Of a stretch of DNA of 64,000 bases, positions 1 through 9,498 are shown piece by piece; positions within the stretch are counted from its first letter, which is position 1, and every line of letters begins with the position of its first letter. Both the position numbers and the translations under genes were made by a program. The DNA comes from Pirellulales bacterium (GTDB lineage: Bacteria > Planctomycetota > Planctomycetia > Pirellulales > JAICIG01). The stretch covers positions 50,292-114,291 of the forward strand of contig DATLUO010000081.1 of the NCBI GenBank assembly GCA_035533075.1, given 5' to 3'. Below the pieces are notes generated by a model. That model worked only from the letters and a program-made list of their open reading frames with translations. It did no database searches and was not told the origin of the DNA.

Positions 1-1
1 A

Positions 2-139
2 CTTGCAGCGTGCCTTGACAAGGACGAGGTTCAGCAAGCGCTCAAGGCGATTAAGTCGCAACACTTGGATGCGGAACACGCGGACGCTTTCAAAGCGGCG
101 AAGATGGCTCTGCAGAGTCGGCTGGCACAATCGAATTAG
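2..139 (+). CDS. 3' end of an unidentified CDS (partial, enters from upstream of the window)
   Basis: Frame is open from the window edge to TAG at 137-139. Translation is LAACLDKDEVQQALKAIKSQHLDAEHADAFKAAKMALQSRLAQSN. No family recognised. Absent from the ORF track because it has no start in the window. Confidence 0.25.
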   Translation, partial: LAACLDKDEVQQALKAIKSQHLDAEHADAFKAAKMALQSRLAQSN

Positions 140-585
140 CCGATGAACTGATCGCCCTAATCATGGCGTCGACACATTTGCTCGCGCGTGCTGGTGCCGC
201 TGGGCCGTCGCCTGGTCGGCGATTGTCACCGTGGCTGCGGAAGCCGTCACGCTACACTTGCGCCTCGGCTGGGAGCTGACCGCGGTCGAGTTCAACAAGA
301 ACGCGCCGCTCGTCTTTCAAACCCACCACATGTTTTGGAGCGTGCCGCTGATCGCCCTGTTGTCTCTCTGATGGCGGCGGCCGAGACGCAGCGGCGCACT
401 GGTGGGGCTAATATAGCGTGGAACGGTCAGCCTCAAGAATCGGATTAAAGGGGCCAGGGCTGGTAAAAACGACATCGTCACGTATCGCAAGACTTGTCAG
501 GTGGCGAATCGTGAGCGACGTTTTCGTGGCGCGCGAGTTTGTGCTCGTCGGCTGCCACGTTCCATGACCTTGACGTCGGAGGGAG

Positions 586-885
586 ATGGCGATGCGTTGG
601 CTCTTGCTGGCTTCGATCGTGGTCCTTGCTCTCGGGGCGGCGGACAGCGCCCATGGCGACTGGCGAACCTACGGTACTGCCAATCGCATCAGCCCCGACG
701 GCGTCTGGCAGAGGGGCTACGGGCGGATGGGCTACGGCTGGTACAGCGCCTACGGCGATTACATCGGCAACGACTACAGTTGGATCAATTTCCGCTATCG
801 CAACCGGTCGTCTGGTTTCAATTTCAATCGCACGGACAACTACGGCTTCCCCGGCCCACGGACCAACGGCTCTCGCGCGCGTTGA
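586..885 (+). CDS. Small secreted Gly/Tyr/Trp/Asn-rich protein (99 aa), unknown function
   Basis: ATG is preceded by ggaggga. N-terminal signal peptide is MAMRWLLLASIVVLALGAADSAHG. The mature part is low-complexity and aromatic-rich (YGWYSAYGDYIGNDYSW). A paralog-like gene lies at 12747-13064. Confidence 0.55.
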   Translation: MAMRWLLLASIVVLALGAADSAHGDWRTYGTANRISPDGVWQRGYGRMGYGWYSAYGDYIGNDYSWINFRYRNRSSGFNFNRTDNYGFPGPRTNGSRAR

Positions 886-979
886 GCGTCTCGGCGGCGT
901 CGGTAGACAGCGACATCTGCAATTGGCCGGCTTACTTCGGGTCCGCCAGGTCTAAGTGTCACGAGGCGGCCTTTGCCAG

Positions 980-2281
980 TCACCTCTTGGCTTCGCGAAT
1001 CAAGCCCTCGATGATCGGCGTAAGATCCCCGCCGTGTTCCTTGTAGCGAATGACCCCTTTCGCGTCGAGCAGATAAATTGTCGGCCAGGCGTCGACATGC
1101 CAACGAGTGCAGATGGCGCCGTCGCGGCCGCCGTCCCACCAACAGTGCCAGGTGATTTCGCCGCGGCGGACCGCCTCGCGCAGAGTGTCGACCTTCTCGT
1201 CGCCGCTGACGCTCAACAGGACGAACGGTTCGTTGCGCCACTTTTCTACCGACTCGCGCTCGGCGGGATACGCCGCAACGCAAGCGCCGCACCAGTTCGC
1301 CGAGAACGTCAAGCAGACGACCTTGCCGCGATAGTCGCTCAGCCGGAACACGACTCCGCCGGCATCCTTGCCTTCGATTTCGGGTGCTTGGCAACCGACT
1401 TGCAAATGCTCGATGGCAAACAGCATCCCTTCGGCCGCTTTGGCGTAGGTCTTGTCGGGCGACGGCGCGCTCGTCAAGCGAATCCGCGAACCGGCCGCGA
1501 GCTGATACTCGGGGTAGCTCACGTCGGCGAATTCCGCCGTCAAGCGCTTGAGCAGTTGCTGGGCCTCGCCCACGTATCTCTCCGGCGGCTCCGAAGTCAT
1601 CGACTTCATATAGGGAATCGTCACGAGCAACCAGAAGCGGCGCCATGTCGCATCGTCTTCGGTCTCGGTGCTGCGAATCCGGTCCGCCAGTTTCGACCGC
1701 TCGTACAGATAGCATGCCAGATAGTAGCAGGCCGCGGCCCGCACTTCGCGGTGCGGGCTCTTGTCAAGAGCGGCGCGCAGCAAGGCTTCGGCCTTCGCCG
1801 CTGGAACCACCCAATGCACCTTGACAAGTGCCTGGTCGAGCTCTCGGTCCTCGATATGCCTGCGGAGGGCCAGTTCGAGGGCGCGCTCCTGGACTTGCCA
1901 GGCGGGCGATTCCGGATCGCTGGAATTGCCCAAGGCATGGCACAAGGCCGGTACTGCCACGCGGGGATCGGGCTCGCGTTCGGCAAGGGCCAGGAATTCA
2001 GCGGCCATCATGTTTTGCGGCTGCCGTCGCTGATCGTCGCGGATGCAAGCTAAAAACTCGGCATCGGTCAGCCTGGCGAGAAAGGAATCGGTCCTTTCCT
2101 TGTGCGTCTTCAGGTCCTCCCGCGAGTCGTTCTCGAACTTCTGATAGACTTGCTCCAACTCCTCGAGATGGCGTTTGACTTGGTTGCCGGGCTCCTCGGC
2201 GGCACTGGCGTGCAAGACACCGGCGAAAAGAAAACCGGCTCCTAGGAGGCAAAGCATGAAGGTGCTTTTGCACGGCCGCAT
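980..2281 (-). CDS. Secreted TlpA/ResA-like thiol-disulfide oxidoreductase with an N-terminal helical domain
   Basis: Signal peptide MRPCKSTFMLCLLGAGFLFAGVLHASA starts at the Met at 2281 (the ORF is open to 2356). C-terminal redoxin motif is LTFSANWCGACVAAYP (WCxxC). Last gene of the blaI-blaR1 operon on the minus strand. Confidence 0.8.
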   Translation of the reverse strand: MRPCKSTFMLCLLGAGFLFAGVLHASAAEEPGNQVKRHLEELEQVYQKFENDSREDLKTHKERTDSFLARLTDAEFLACIRDDQRRQPQNMMAAEFLALAEREPDPRVAVPALCHALGNSSDPESPAWQVQERALELALRRHIEDRELDQALVKVHWVVPAAKAEALLRAALDKSPHREVRAAACYYLACYLYERSKLADRIRSTETEDDATWRRFWLLVTIPYMKSMTSEPPERYVGEAQQLLKRLTAEFADVSYPEYQLAAGSRIRLTSAPSPDKTYAKAAEGMLFAIEHLQVGCQAPEIEGKDAGGVVFRLSDYRGKVVCLTFSANWCGACVAAYPAERESVEKWRNEPFVLLSVSGDEKVDTLREAVRRGEITWHCWWDGGRDGAICTRWHVDAWPTIYLLDAKGVIRYKEHGGDLTPIIEGLIREAKR

Positions 2282-2437
2282 TGGAATCTCCATGAATGAG
2301 AGCGAGGCGGAGACGGGGCACATTGCAGATCTACCGGGCGCATCCGAGAAAAGCAAGGGGATGGGTGCTTGTGGGACCCCTCGGTTAGCATAGCCCGCGT
2401 AAGCACCAGCCAGCCGGAAAACATGCCCGGTTGACTT

Positions 2438-4417
2438 TCAAAACGCCTCGATCCAGCTTTGCTGCGAGGCTTGCGTGAATGGAACGCGCAGAAGTACCTT
2501 GCCCGAGGGAGCGAGCTGCAAGACTTCTGAATCGCACGAGACCCAAACGGCGCCGGTCGTGGGACTGACGGCGACTTTGTAGGCCGTCATCGGCACCGGC
2601 TCGCCCACCTCGCCCGCGGCCGAAATAAATCGCACGCCGTCGCGCCGCCCCGCAACCCAGGCGCCGCCCATCTTCGGCACGCAAGCGACGCTGAACACCT
2701 CGAACTCGCCTAATTCCGTCTTATGTCGAACGCCGCCGTCGGCGTTCAGCAGCCAGACGCGGTTCTTGCTGCGAGGAATGTCGGGATGAGAGCGCTCGGT
2801 CAGCCAGACGCTGCCGTCGTTCGGGTTCACCGACAGCGAGGCGCAGCACCAGCCGTCGACCCGCTGGCGAAACAACACTTTCCCTTCGCGGCTGAGCTTG
2901 ATGGTTTCATAGCCGGCCAGCCAAAAGGCGTCGTCGTGAGGATCGTAGGCCAGGTCGATGGCGAGGAAAGGATAGGCGGCAACTTCGTTCCCCTCAGGGT
3001 CGGAGACGAGGGTCTCGCCGTCGTTGAGCCGCTGCCCGCCGCTCGTCCAAAGATTGCCGGTCTTGGCGTCGACCGCCAGCGCATCGGCCTCGACCTGCTC
3101 AATTTGCCAGAGTTTTTGCCCGTCGATAGCGAACGCCACGATCCGGTTGGCGACATTCTCTCGGACATAAATGCGCTCTCGCTGCCGGTCGACGGCGACC
3201 CCATTTACTCCACCGACCGTCTTGCAGCAGTTGAAGCCCGTCGCCGACCAAAGCTCGTCGCCGCTGCTCGAGAGCAGCCGCAAAGCGTCGTGGTGCGGTT
3301 TCGTGTTATCGTAATCCGGATCGGCGTCGTCCAGCAGCACGACTGCGGGCTTTTCGGGCAGCGGTTTCGCGGCGCCCGTCGGCTCGAAGCGCGTGATTGG
3401 GAAGCGGGCGAACGGCCGCCCGGCGTTGTCGAACAGCTTGTCGTCGGCCAAGGCGGCGGCCACGGCCTTGCGCAGCTCCTCGCCGCGCAGGTTCCTGGCC
3501 AGTACGCGGCCGTCGGGGGCGATCAAAAACGTGCCGGGCAAGCTGCGCACCGTGTAAGCGGTCGCCACGTGGCCATTGGTGCCCCCAGCGAAACCCTGCC
3601 GCCAGGGAAGCCGCTTTTCATCGACGTAGCGCTTCGCCACATCAGGCGTGTTGTCGCAGGACAGGCTAATGAGCGCAAACCGCGGATCACCGCCGAACTC
3701 GTCGTACAGTTTTTCGAAGGCGGGAATCTCAGCCAGGCACGGAGCGCACCAGGTGGCCCAAAAATCGAGGAGCACCAGCTTGCCGCGCAGTTTGCTCAGG
3801 CGCAACGACCCGCCCGAAAGCTGCTCGACTACAAAATCGGGCGCCAGCTCGCCCGCGTCGAGCGTATCGAACAGCACGGCCTCGATCTGGCCCAGGTCGA
3901 GCGGTTCGTCGCTTCGTCCGCCGGGCACCTCGGGCACGGTGAATTCGAGTTCGGCGCGGCCGATCTCCGTGCCGACGCCGTAGGCACTCGGTGAGGGCGG
4001 GTTGGCGATGGGAACCCTTAGCTTATAGGCGCCGGCCGGCACATCGGTTATTTCAAAGTGGCCATTTTCGTCCAGTTTTGACAGATACCTCGCGGAGGGC
4101 CAGGCATAGGCGCGCTTGCTCGCGTCCCAAGCGATTATTGCGACGGGATTATTCGTTTCCCAATCAATCCCGAGCTTGTTCTTATCGGTAAGCATTACGG
4201 AACCGACGACGGTCCTGCCCCTGCCGCCGATCATGATCTTCGTAATCCGTCCTGGGCGGATATCGACGGGCGCCTGCCAGGCGTACCACCGCATTGAACT
4301 ACCAAGATAACTGGTGACGACGACTCTGCACACCGAACCCTTGCCGGGAATGACACGGTCGATGGTGAATCGACCATTTTTGTCACTCTTGAGTTGGTAA
4401 TCTTGGAAACCGTACAC
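2438..4417 (-). CDS. TlpA-like thioredoxin domain plus C-terminal beta-propeller-like region; probably the distal part of the upstream BlaR1-like gene
   Basis: Redoxin motif LLDFWATWCAPCLAEIP. The N-terminus (YGFQDYQLKSDKNGRFTIDRVIPG) is the second half of a carboxypeptidase-regulatory-like module. GTG start at 4417 is in the same frame as ORF 4421-7378 and only one sense codon after its TAA. Confidence 0.75.
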   Translation of the reverse strand: MYGFQDYQLKSDKNGRFTIDRVIPGKGSVCRVVVTSYLGSSMRWYAWQAPVDIRPGRITKIMIGGRGRTVVGSVMLTDKNKLGIDWETNNPVAIIAWDASKRAYAWPSARYLSKLDENGHFEITDVPAGAYKLRVPIANPPSPSAYGVGTEIGRAELEFTVPEVPGGRSDEPLDLGQIEAVLFDTLDAGELAPDFVVEQLSGGSLRLSKLRGKLVLLDFWATWCAPCLAEIPAFEKLYDEFGGDPRFALISLSCDNTPDVAKRYVDEKRLPWRQGFAGGTNGHVATAYTVRSLPGTFLIAPDGRVLARNLRGEELRKAVAAALADDKLFDNAGRPFARFPITRFEPTGAAKPLPEKPAVVLLDDADPDYDNTKPHHDALRLLSSSGDELWSATGFNCCKTVGGVNGVAVDRQRERIYVRENVANRIVAFAIDGQKLWQIEQVEADALAVDAKTGNLWTSGGQRLNDGETLVSDPEGNEVAAYPFLAIDLAYDPHDDAFWLAGYETIKLSREGKVLFRQRVDGWCCASLSVNPNDGSVWLTERSHPDIPRSKNRVWLLNADGGVRHKTELGEFEVFSVACVPKMGGAWVAGRRDGVRFISAAGEVGEPVPMTAYKVAVSPTTGAVWVSCDSEVLQLAPSGKVLLRVPFTQASQQSWIEAF

Positions 4418-4420
4418 CAG

Positions 4421-7378
4421 TTAGGGATGCGCGCGTTCGCGAACAAACGCCACTTCGCATTCCGGAGCGAGCTTTCTCCCCATCGCGACGAGCCCCTCGA
4501 TGCGGCCCCACGGTTCGAGCACGATCGGGGCGTCGGGTTTGAATTCGCTATGGAGCCGCTCGGCATAGCCTTCGTCGTGAACAATCACCAGCAGGAACGG
4601 CTCGTCGCCCTGAGGCGGAAACGCGAAGCGACCGTCGGCGCCAGTTTTGACGACGTCGGCCTGGTTTTGATGCCGGTCGAAGTTTCCCGACTTCAGAACA
4701 GCACGATTCTGTTGCGTCGCCAATCCCACCTCGGCACCCGCTGCCGGTGAACCATCGGCGAGCAGTACGACGCCGGTCGGCCCGTTGCCCGGTTTCAACT
4801 CGAGGTCGAAGCTTTGCTTTCCTTCCGTCGAGCGGAAAACACGGGAGGTGGCCGGCAAATAGCCGTCGGCGACCACTTGCAACACATGGCCTTCCATCGG
4901 CTCGTCGAACTTGATGTCGTACTCGCCCTTTTCAAACAGCGTCGGTTCGTCGCGCGACCACGACACGTCGTCTCGGTTCGCGGACCGCCAGCCGTGACGC
5001 AGGCGGAACTTCTTGACGGGCTGATGCGAGACGGCATCGGTCACTCGGCCGCCGATCGTCAGCTCCGGGTAAAGCGTGACCTTGTGCGTTTCGGCCGAAG
5101 CCGCCAGCGGCGTTCGCCGCGCCGACATATAGCCGCTCTTGAGCAGGTCGAACAAAACGGCGTCGTCCGGCGCTGAGCGAAACACGGCCTTTCCCTGAGC
5201 GTCAGTCCGCGCGCTCAGCTTCAGCGTGCGATAGCCGCGCCAGGTATCGCTGACCACCCATACCTCGTTGAGGGCCTTGCCGTTTACGTCCGTGACCTGA
5301 ACGCTCAGCGTGTGGCCCGGTTGCAACTCAAATCGCAAATCTTTGGTCTCTTCGCTGAGGGCCAGCTCCTGGAACGTGGGTGAAAAGCCTTCGCCCTGCA
5401 CCGTGACCAGCGATCTGCCCGGCTTGCAGTTCTTCAAGACGAACCGCCCCTGAGCGTCCGTCGTTGCTTCGGGCTCGTTCGTGCCGAAGCGGCTGAAGCC
5501 CAGCCGCGCCTGAGCCCCTGCAACGGCCTTGCCATCTCGATCGACCACTTGCCCTGCCACTTGCAGGCCCTGCTTGAGCACAGCCACATTGCTTAGGCCT
5601 CGATTGGCTGTCGAGTAGCCCGACAAATAATCCGCATGCTCAACGCGAATGCCGACCGCGCCGATGTCGGCTGGCGCATCATCCCAAGTCCAATGGCCGT
5701 CGGCATCCGTGTTGAGCGTGGCCGCCGTGAACATGTAATTCGCCAGCTTCGGCCAAGTGACGGGCATGGAGACATCGAGCGAGGCGCCCGCGATCGGCCG
5801 GCCTTTTTCGTCCTCGACCATGCCACCGATTTGTGTGCCTTCATCGAAACGCAGGTCGATGCGCGCCGGCATTTCGATCTTCTGCTGCTCGCCGCGCCAG
5901 ACGTGATGAATCGAAACGAAGCCAGCCTTGGCGGCCGTCATCCAGAGGTGATTGATCTCTTCCTTGGCCGGCCAGGTCAGCCGCGCTTGGCCATCGCGGT
6001 CGGTCGTCACGAATTGATTGAAGTTCTGCCCGCCGATTCGGCCGCCGAACCGCAGGCCCGCGCCGGCCAGTGGCTCGTCCGTGTCGGCGCTGACCGCTTG
6101 AATCAACGTCGTTTGATTCGTCTTGTCCGGCGCGTTCGGCTCGGTCTCCTTGGCGGCGTGGTTGTTCTCGGTTTTGCTCGCCGTCGCCTTGTCGGGCGAC
6201 TGCCGCGCGGCGGTGGGCGGTTCGGCGATCGTTTCGCTGATGGTGAGGCCGCCCCACAGCAAGCTGGCGGCGGCGACCACGGCAACCGCCGCGGCCACTC
6301 GCCATTTAGGCAAACTTATGATTCCGGTTTGCCGCCGCATCGCCTCGATGCGGTGCAGGACGCGAGAGCTGCGCGCCATCGCCAGGCCGACCACTTTGGG
6401 CTGCTCCGCAAGGCGCAACGCGAGGCGCGCCAAGATGCAAACATAGAAATCGGCGTCTTTGATGCAGCCGGCGGCCAACGCGTCGCAGACGTAGTCGCAA
6501 GCATCGACATGTGCCCGCCGCGCCAACCAGATGAGCGGGTGAAACCAGAGCGCGATCGACAGCGCGTGCAGCAGCAGATTGAACGCGGGATCATTCCCCT
6601 TCAGGTGAGCGAGCTCATGCGCCAGAATCGCGCCCAGTTCCTCGCGTCGCGCCGCCTCGCATTGGCACGAAGGCAGCAAAACGAGCGGTCGCCAAACACC
6701 GATCAGGCACGGCGTTGCGAGGCGCTTGGTCTGTACGATCCGAAAGGCACGCCGCAGTTGCAACCGGGCGGCCGCAACGGTCGCTTCACCGGCCACCCAG
6801 CCGGGCACGGCGAACGAGTCGGTCCTGATAAGGCGCAGGCGGACAATTCCGACCGCCGTCCAGAGAATACCGACCAGTGCGCCGATGGACCAGCAAGTGA
6901 GCGCCAGAGCAGCCAGCGACAAGGTCCGCGGCGCCAGGTGGGCGGCCGTTGTTTCAGCGCGTTCGCCCGTCGCGTCGCAAGCGTCGTCTGAAGACGGCGG
7001 TTGGCCGGGGGGGCCGTGATCTGCACTCGTCCCTTCCTGGGCGATGGCCGGCGCCTGCCGGGCCGCGGCGCCTTCGCTCGCCGGAGGCGGCGTGGTGCGG
7101 GCCGCCGTGAATGAAACGTCGCGCATTGTTTCGCCGGCGTCAAGGTGTGTGGATTCGATGGCACTGGTATTTTCCATCGCCTGTCGCGGCCGCAACAGGC
7201 GGAGATTCACCAGCGGCGGAGCGAGCGACAATGCCGCCACGGCGAGCATTGCCAGCGCCGTCATCCGCCAAACGAGCACGCGCCAACGTGGATTCGAGCG
7301 GGCCAGGATGGCATGAAATATCCAGGCCATTGCCAGCACGACAGTCACCTTGCTTAGCAGCACCAGCGTCGCGTTCAT
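4421..7378 (-). CDS. BlaR1/MecR1-family M56 membrane metalloprotease sensor with a long array of carboxypeptidase-regulatory-like repeats
   Basis: N-terminal TM helices. HEXXH zinc motif in ILAHELAHLKGNDP. Repeated G-x-V-x-D-x-x-G-K/R-P...TD-x-x-G-x-F modules. ATGA start/stop overlap with the upstream BlaI gene. Confidence 0.85.
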   Translation of the reverse strand: MNATLVLLSKVTVVLAMAWIFHAILARSNPRWRVLVWRMTALAMLAVAALSLAPPLVNLRLLRPRQAMENTSAIESTHLDAGETMRDVSFTAARTTPPPASEGAAARQAPAIAQEGTSADHGPPGQPPSSDDACDATGERAETTAAHLAPRTLSLAALALTCWSIGALVGILWTAVGIVRLRLIRTDSFAVPGWVAGEATVAAARLQLRRAFRIVQTKRLATPCLIGVWRPLVLLPSCQCEAARREELGAILAHELAHLKGNDPAFNLLLHALSIALWFHPLIWLARRAHVDACDYVCDALAAGCIKDADFYVCILARLALRLAEQPKVVGLAMARSSRVLHRIEAMRRQTGIISLPKWRVAAAVAVVAAASLLWGGLTISETIAEPPTAARQSPDKATASKTENNHAAKETEPNAPDKTNQTTLIQAVSADTDEPLAGAGLRFGGRIGGQNFNQFVTTDRDGQARLTWPAKEEINHLWMTAAKAGFVSIHHVWRGEQQKIEMPARIDLRFDEGTQIGGMVEDEKGRPIAGASLDVSMPVTWPKLANYMFTAATLNTDADGHWTWDDAPADIGAVGIRVEHADYLSGYSTANRGLSNVAVLKQGLQVAGQVVDRDGKAVAGAQARLGFSRFGTNEPEATTDAQGRFVLKNCKPGRSLVTVQGEGFSPTFQELALSEETKDLRFELQPGHTLSVQVTDVNGKALNEVWVVSDTWRGYRTLKLSARTDAQGKAVFRSAPDDAVLFDLLKSGYMSARRTPLAASAETHKVTLYPELTIGGRVTDAVSHQPVKKFRLRHGWRSANRDDVSWSRDEPTLFEKGEYDIKFDEPMEGHVLQVVADGYLPATSRVFRSTEGKQSFDLELKPGNGPTGVVLLADGSPAAGAEVGLATQQNRAVLKSGNFDRHQNQADVVKTGADGRFAFPPQGDEPFLLVIVHDEGYAERLHSEFKPDAPIVLEPWGRIEGLVAMGRKLAPECEVAFVRERAHP

Positions 7379-7761
7379 CGTCGTTCCTTTGGCGCGGAGC
7401 GCCGTAAGAGTTGTTCGTCGGCGAGACGTTTCAGCTCGATGAGATGTTCTTCGCTCAGCTTTTCGCTACGGATGAGATTGAGCAGCAGCGCCTGCGTCGA
7501 ACCGGCACAATAGGTGTCGATCAGCTCGCGCAGCGTTTTGCGCAGGGCCGATTGCCGGCGCGTGACGGCCTGATAATAAAACGCCTTGCCGACCTTTTGC
7601 CGTCGGACGTGTCCCTTCTCGCACAAGATGGTCAGGTACGACCGCAGCGCGGGGTTCTTGATCGGCTCCGGATAGAGCCGATGGATTTCACTCGGCTTCA
7701 TCTCGCCATGCTCCCACAGCAGTCGCATTACGTTCAGTTCGCCGGGCGTAAATCGAGGCAT
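7375..7761 (-). CDS. BlaI/MecI/CopY-family winged-helix transcriptional repressor
   Basis: 128 aa. ELNVMRLLWEHGEMKPSEI...LRSYLTILCEKGHVRRQKVGKAFYYQA is typical of the Penicillinase_R family. Overlaps the BlaR1-like gene by 4 nt. Confidence 0.85.
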   Translation of the reverse strand: MPRFTPGELNVMRLLWEHGEMKPSEIHRLYPEPIKNPALRSYLTILCEKGHVRRQKVGKAFYYQAVTRRQSALRKTLRELIDTYCAGSTQALLLNLIRSEKLSEEHLIELKRLADEQLLRRSAPKERR

Positions 7762-7891
7762 GGCAGTTTAACCGCGTCGAGAGGCCAATGTGCAGAGAAT
7801 ACTGCACGTGATGATCGCTGTCAAGCGCCGGTCCCCTGTGGGGAAACGCAGGGTTCAACGATGGCGATTCTTGGGACGCAGGGCCCCTCGT

Positions 7892-8127
7892 TCAGCTCCG
7901 CTGCAGGCGCAGTCCTTTGGGGACCAGCCAGCGCTCGGCCGCCTCGAACAAACCCTGCGTGACGATCGCCAGCAGGGCGGCCGGCACGGCGCCATCCAGA
8001 ATCAGGCCGACGTCGTCCAAGCGAATGCCGCTGAGGATCGGTTGTCCGTAGCCGCCGGCGCCGATCAAGGCGCCGGGCAAGCGGACGTCTGCCGAGCTTT
8101 CAGAAGACCGCTCATTCGTCGTTTTCA
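7892..8127 (-). pseudogene. 3' fragment of an osmoprotectant (OpuBB/ProW-type) ABC permease gene
   Basis: The translation ends [53 protein letters not shown], which matches the conserved C-terminus of glycine-betaine/choline ABC permeases. Only ~60 homologous residues are present and there is no N-terminal membrane domain. Confidence 0.5.
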
Positions 8128-8271
8128 TTCTGGTTCGCCTGCCCGGCCATCCCTTGCACGGCCGCCGGAGCGGAAGTAGAAACGGTTCACAAGGATTCGC
8201 TCCAGCGAGGCGGCGAGGCATGATATCCGATCTACCGGGCCGCTTCTTTTTTTTGGGAGGAGAAAAACGCG

Positions 8272-8637
8272 ATGCGGCTGTTGGTCATTGAAGATCAAGT
8301 GGATTGTGCTCTCGTTCTTGAAAAGCGGCTGGCGTTGGAAGGGCACGAAGTGCGCGTGTGCCACAACGCGTGCAGCGCCTTGCTGGATGCCCCGGAGTTT
8401 GAGCCCGATGCCATCCTGCTCGATATCGGGCTGCCCGGAATGGATGGCTGGCAACTCGCCCCCTTGCTTCGCGATGCGTTAGCCGACAAGCAGGTAGTCT
8501 TGATCGCGATCTCCGGGTATCAAACCGAGAAAGATTTCCTTCGGTCGAGAGCCGCCGGCATCGACCATCATCTCACGAAGCCCAACTACTTCCAGCAACT
8601 GACGGAGATATTGAAGCAGCGACCATCGCAATCGTGA
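8272..8637 (+). CDS. Single-domain CheY-like response regulator (receiver only)
   Basis: MRLLVIEDQ... then [13 protein letters not shown] (phospho-acceptor Asp) and HHLTKP (conserved Lys). 121 aa with no output domain. Confidence 0.85.
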   Translation: MRLLVIEDQVDCALVLEKRLALEGHEVRVCHNACSALLDAPEFEPDAILLDIGLPGMDGWQLAPLLRDALADKQVVLIAISGYQTEKDFLRSRAAGIDHHLTKPNYFQQLTEILKQRPSQS

Positions 8638-8665
8638 AGGTGCCGGAACCGATTCGCAGTTTCTC

Positions 8666-9454
8666 ATGGATTCTCGTTCTCACAACCGTGCCGCGTGGAA
8701 CAAAAAGGCCGAAGAACACGACCGGTGGACAGTGCCGGTCAGCAGCGAGGCCATCGAGCAGGCCCGCCACGGGCAGTTTCGCATTCTCCTGACGCCGACG
8801 AAGCCGGTGCCGATGGCCTGGTTCCCGCTTCTGCAAGGGACGCCAGCGCTGTGCCTGGCCTCCGGCGGCGGACAACAGGGGCCGTTGCTCGCCGCAGCCG
8901 GTGCCGTCGTGACCGTGTTCGACAACTCGCCGCGGCAGCTTGAACAGGACCGGTTTGTCGCCAAGGGCGAGGGCCTCGCGATCGAAACCGTCGAGGGCGA
9001 CATGCTTGACCTGTCGGTGTTTGCGGATGAAACATTCGAGCTGATCGTGCATCCCTGCTCGAATTGCTTCGTGCCGGCAGTCCGGCCAGTTTGGCGCGAG
9101 TGCTTTCGCGTGCTTCAACGCGGCGGCGTGCTGCTGGCCGGCTTCGTGAATCCCGTTCGCTACCTCTTCAACGCGGACGAAATCCAGAACGGTAATTTGG
9201 CGGTTTGCCACCGGATTCCCTACTCCGATCTTCGCGATCTGGACGGCGCCGAGCTGCGGCGGATCGTCGTCGACCCAGGTGCGCCACTCGAATTCGGCCA
9301 TACGCTGAACGACCAAATCGGCGGGCAGCTCGATGCGGGTTTTTTGCTCACCAGCGTCTACGAGGATCATTACGCCGAGACCGACGGCGATCCGCTGTCG
9401 CGCTACATCGACAGCTTCATGGCCACGCGTGCCATCAAGCCGCATCGTGCGTGA
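8666..9454 (+). CDS. Class I SAM-dependent methyltransferase
   Basis: Motif I-like [28 protein letters not shown], then FELIVHP and [11 protein letters not shown]. Typical Methyltransf_11-type layout. Confidence 0.75.
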   Translation: MDSRSHNRAAWNKKAEEHDRWTVPVSSEAIEQARHGQFRILLTPTKPVPMAWFPLLQGTPALCLASGGGQQGPLLAAAGAVVTVFDNSPRQLEQDRFVAKGEGLAIETVEGDMLDLSVFADETFELIVHPCSNCFVPAVRPVWRECFRVLQRGGVLLAGFVNPVRYLFNADEIQNGNLAVCHRIPYSDLRDLDGAELRRIVVDPGAPLEFGHTLNDQIGGQLDAGFLLTSVYEDHYAETDGDPLSRYIDSFMATRAIKPHRA

Positions 9455-9498
9455 TGCAGTTGCTTGCCGCCGCGAAAGAGGTGTGATAGAATGCCGGC

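Noticed and set aside
147-371. Hydrophobic open frame (…WAVAWSAIVTVAAEAVTLHLRLGWELTAVEFNKNAPLVFQTHHMFWSVPLIALLSL*)
   Set aside because: There is no ATG, GTG or TTG start with an RBS in frame after the stop at 144-146, and it is under 75 aa. It could be a small membrane protein but is unsupported.
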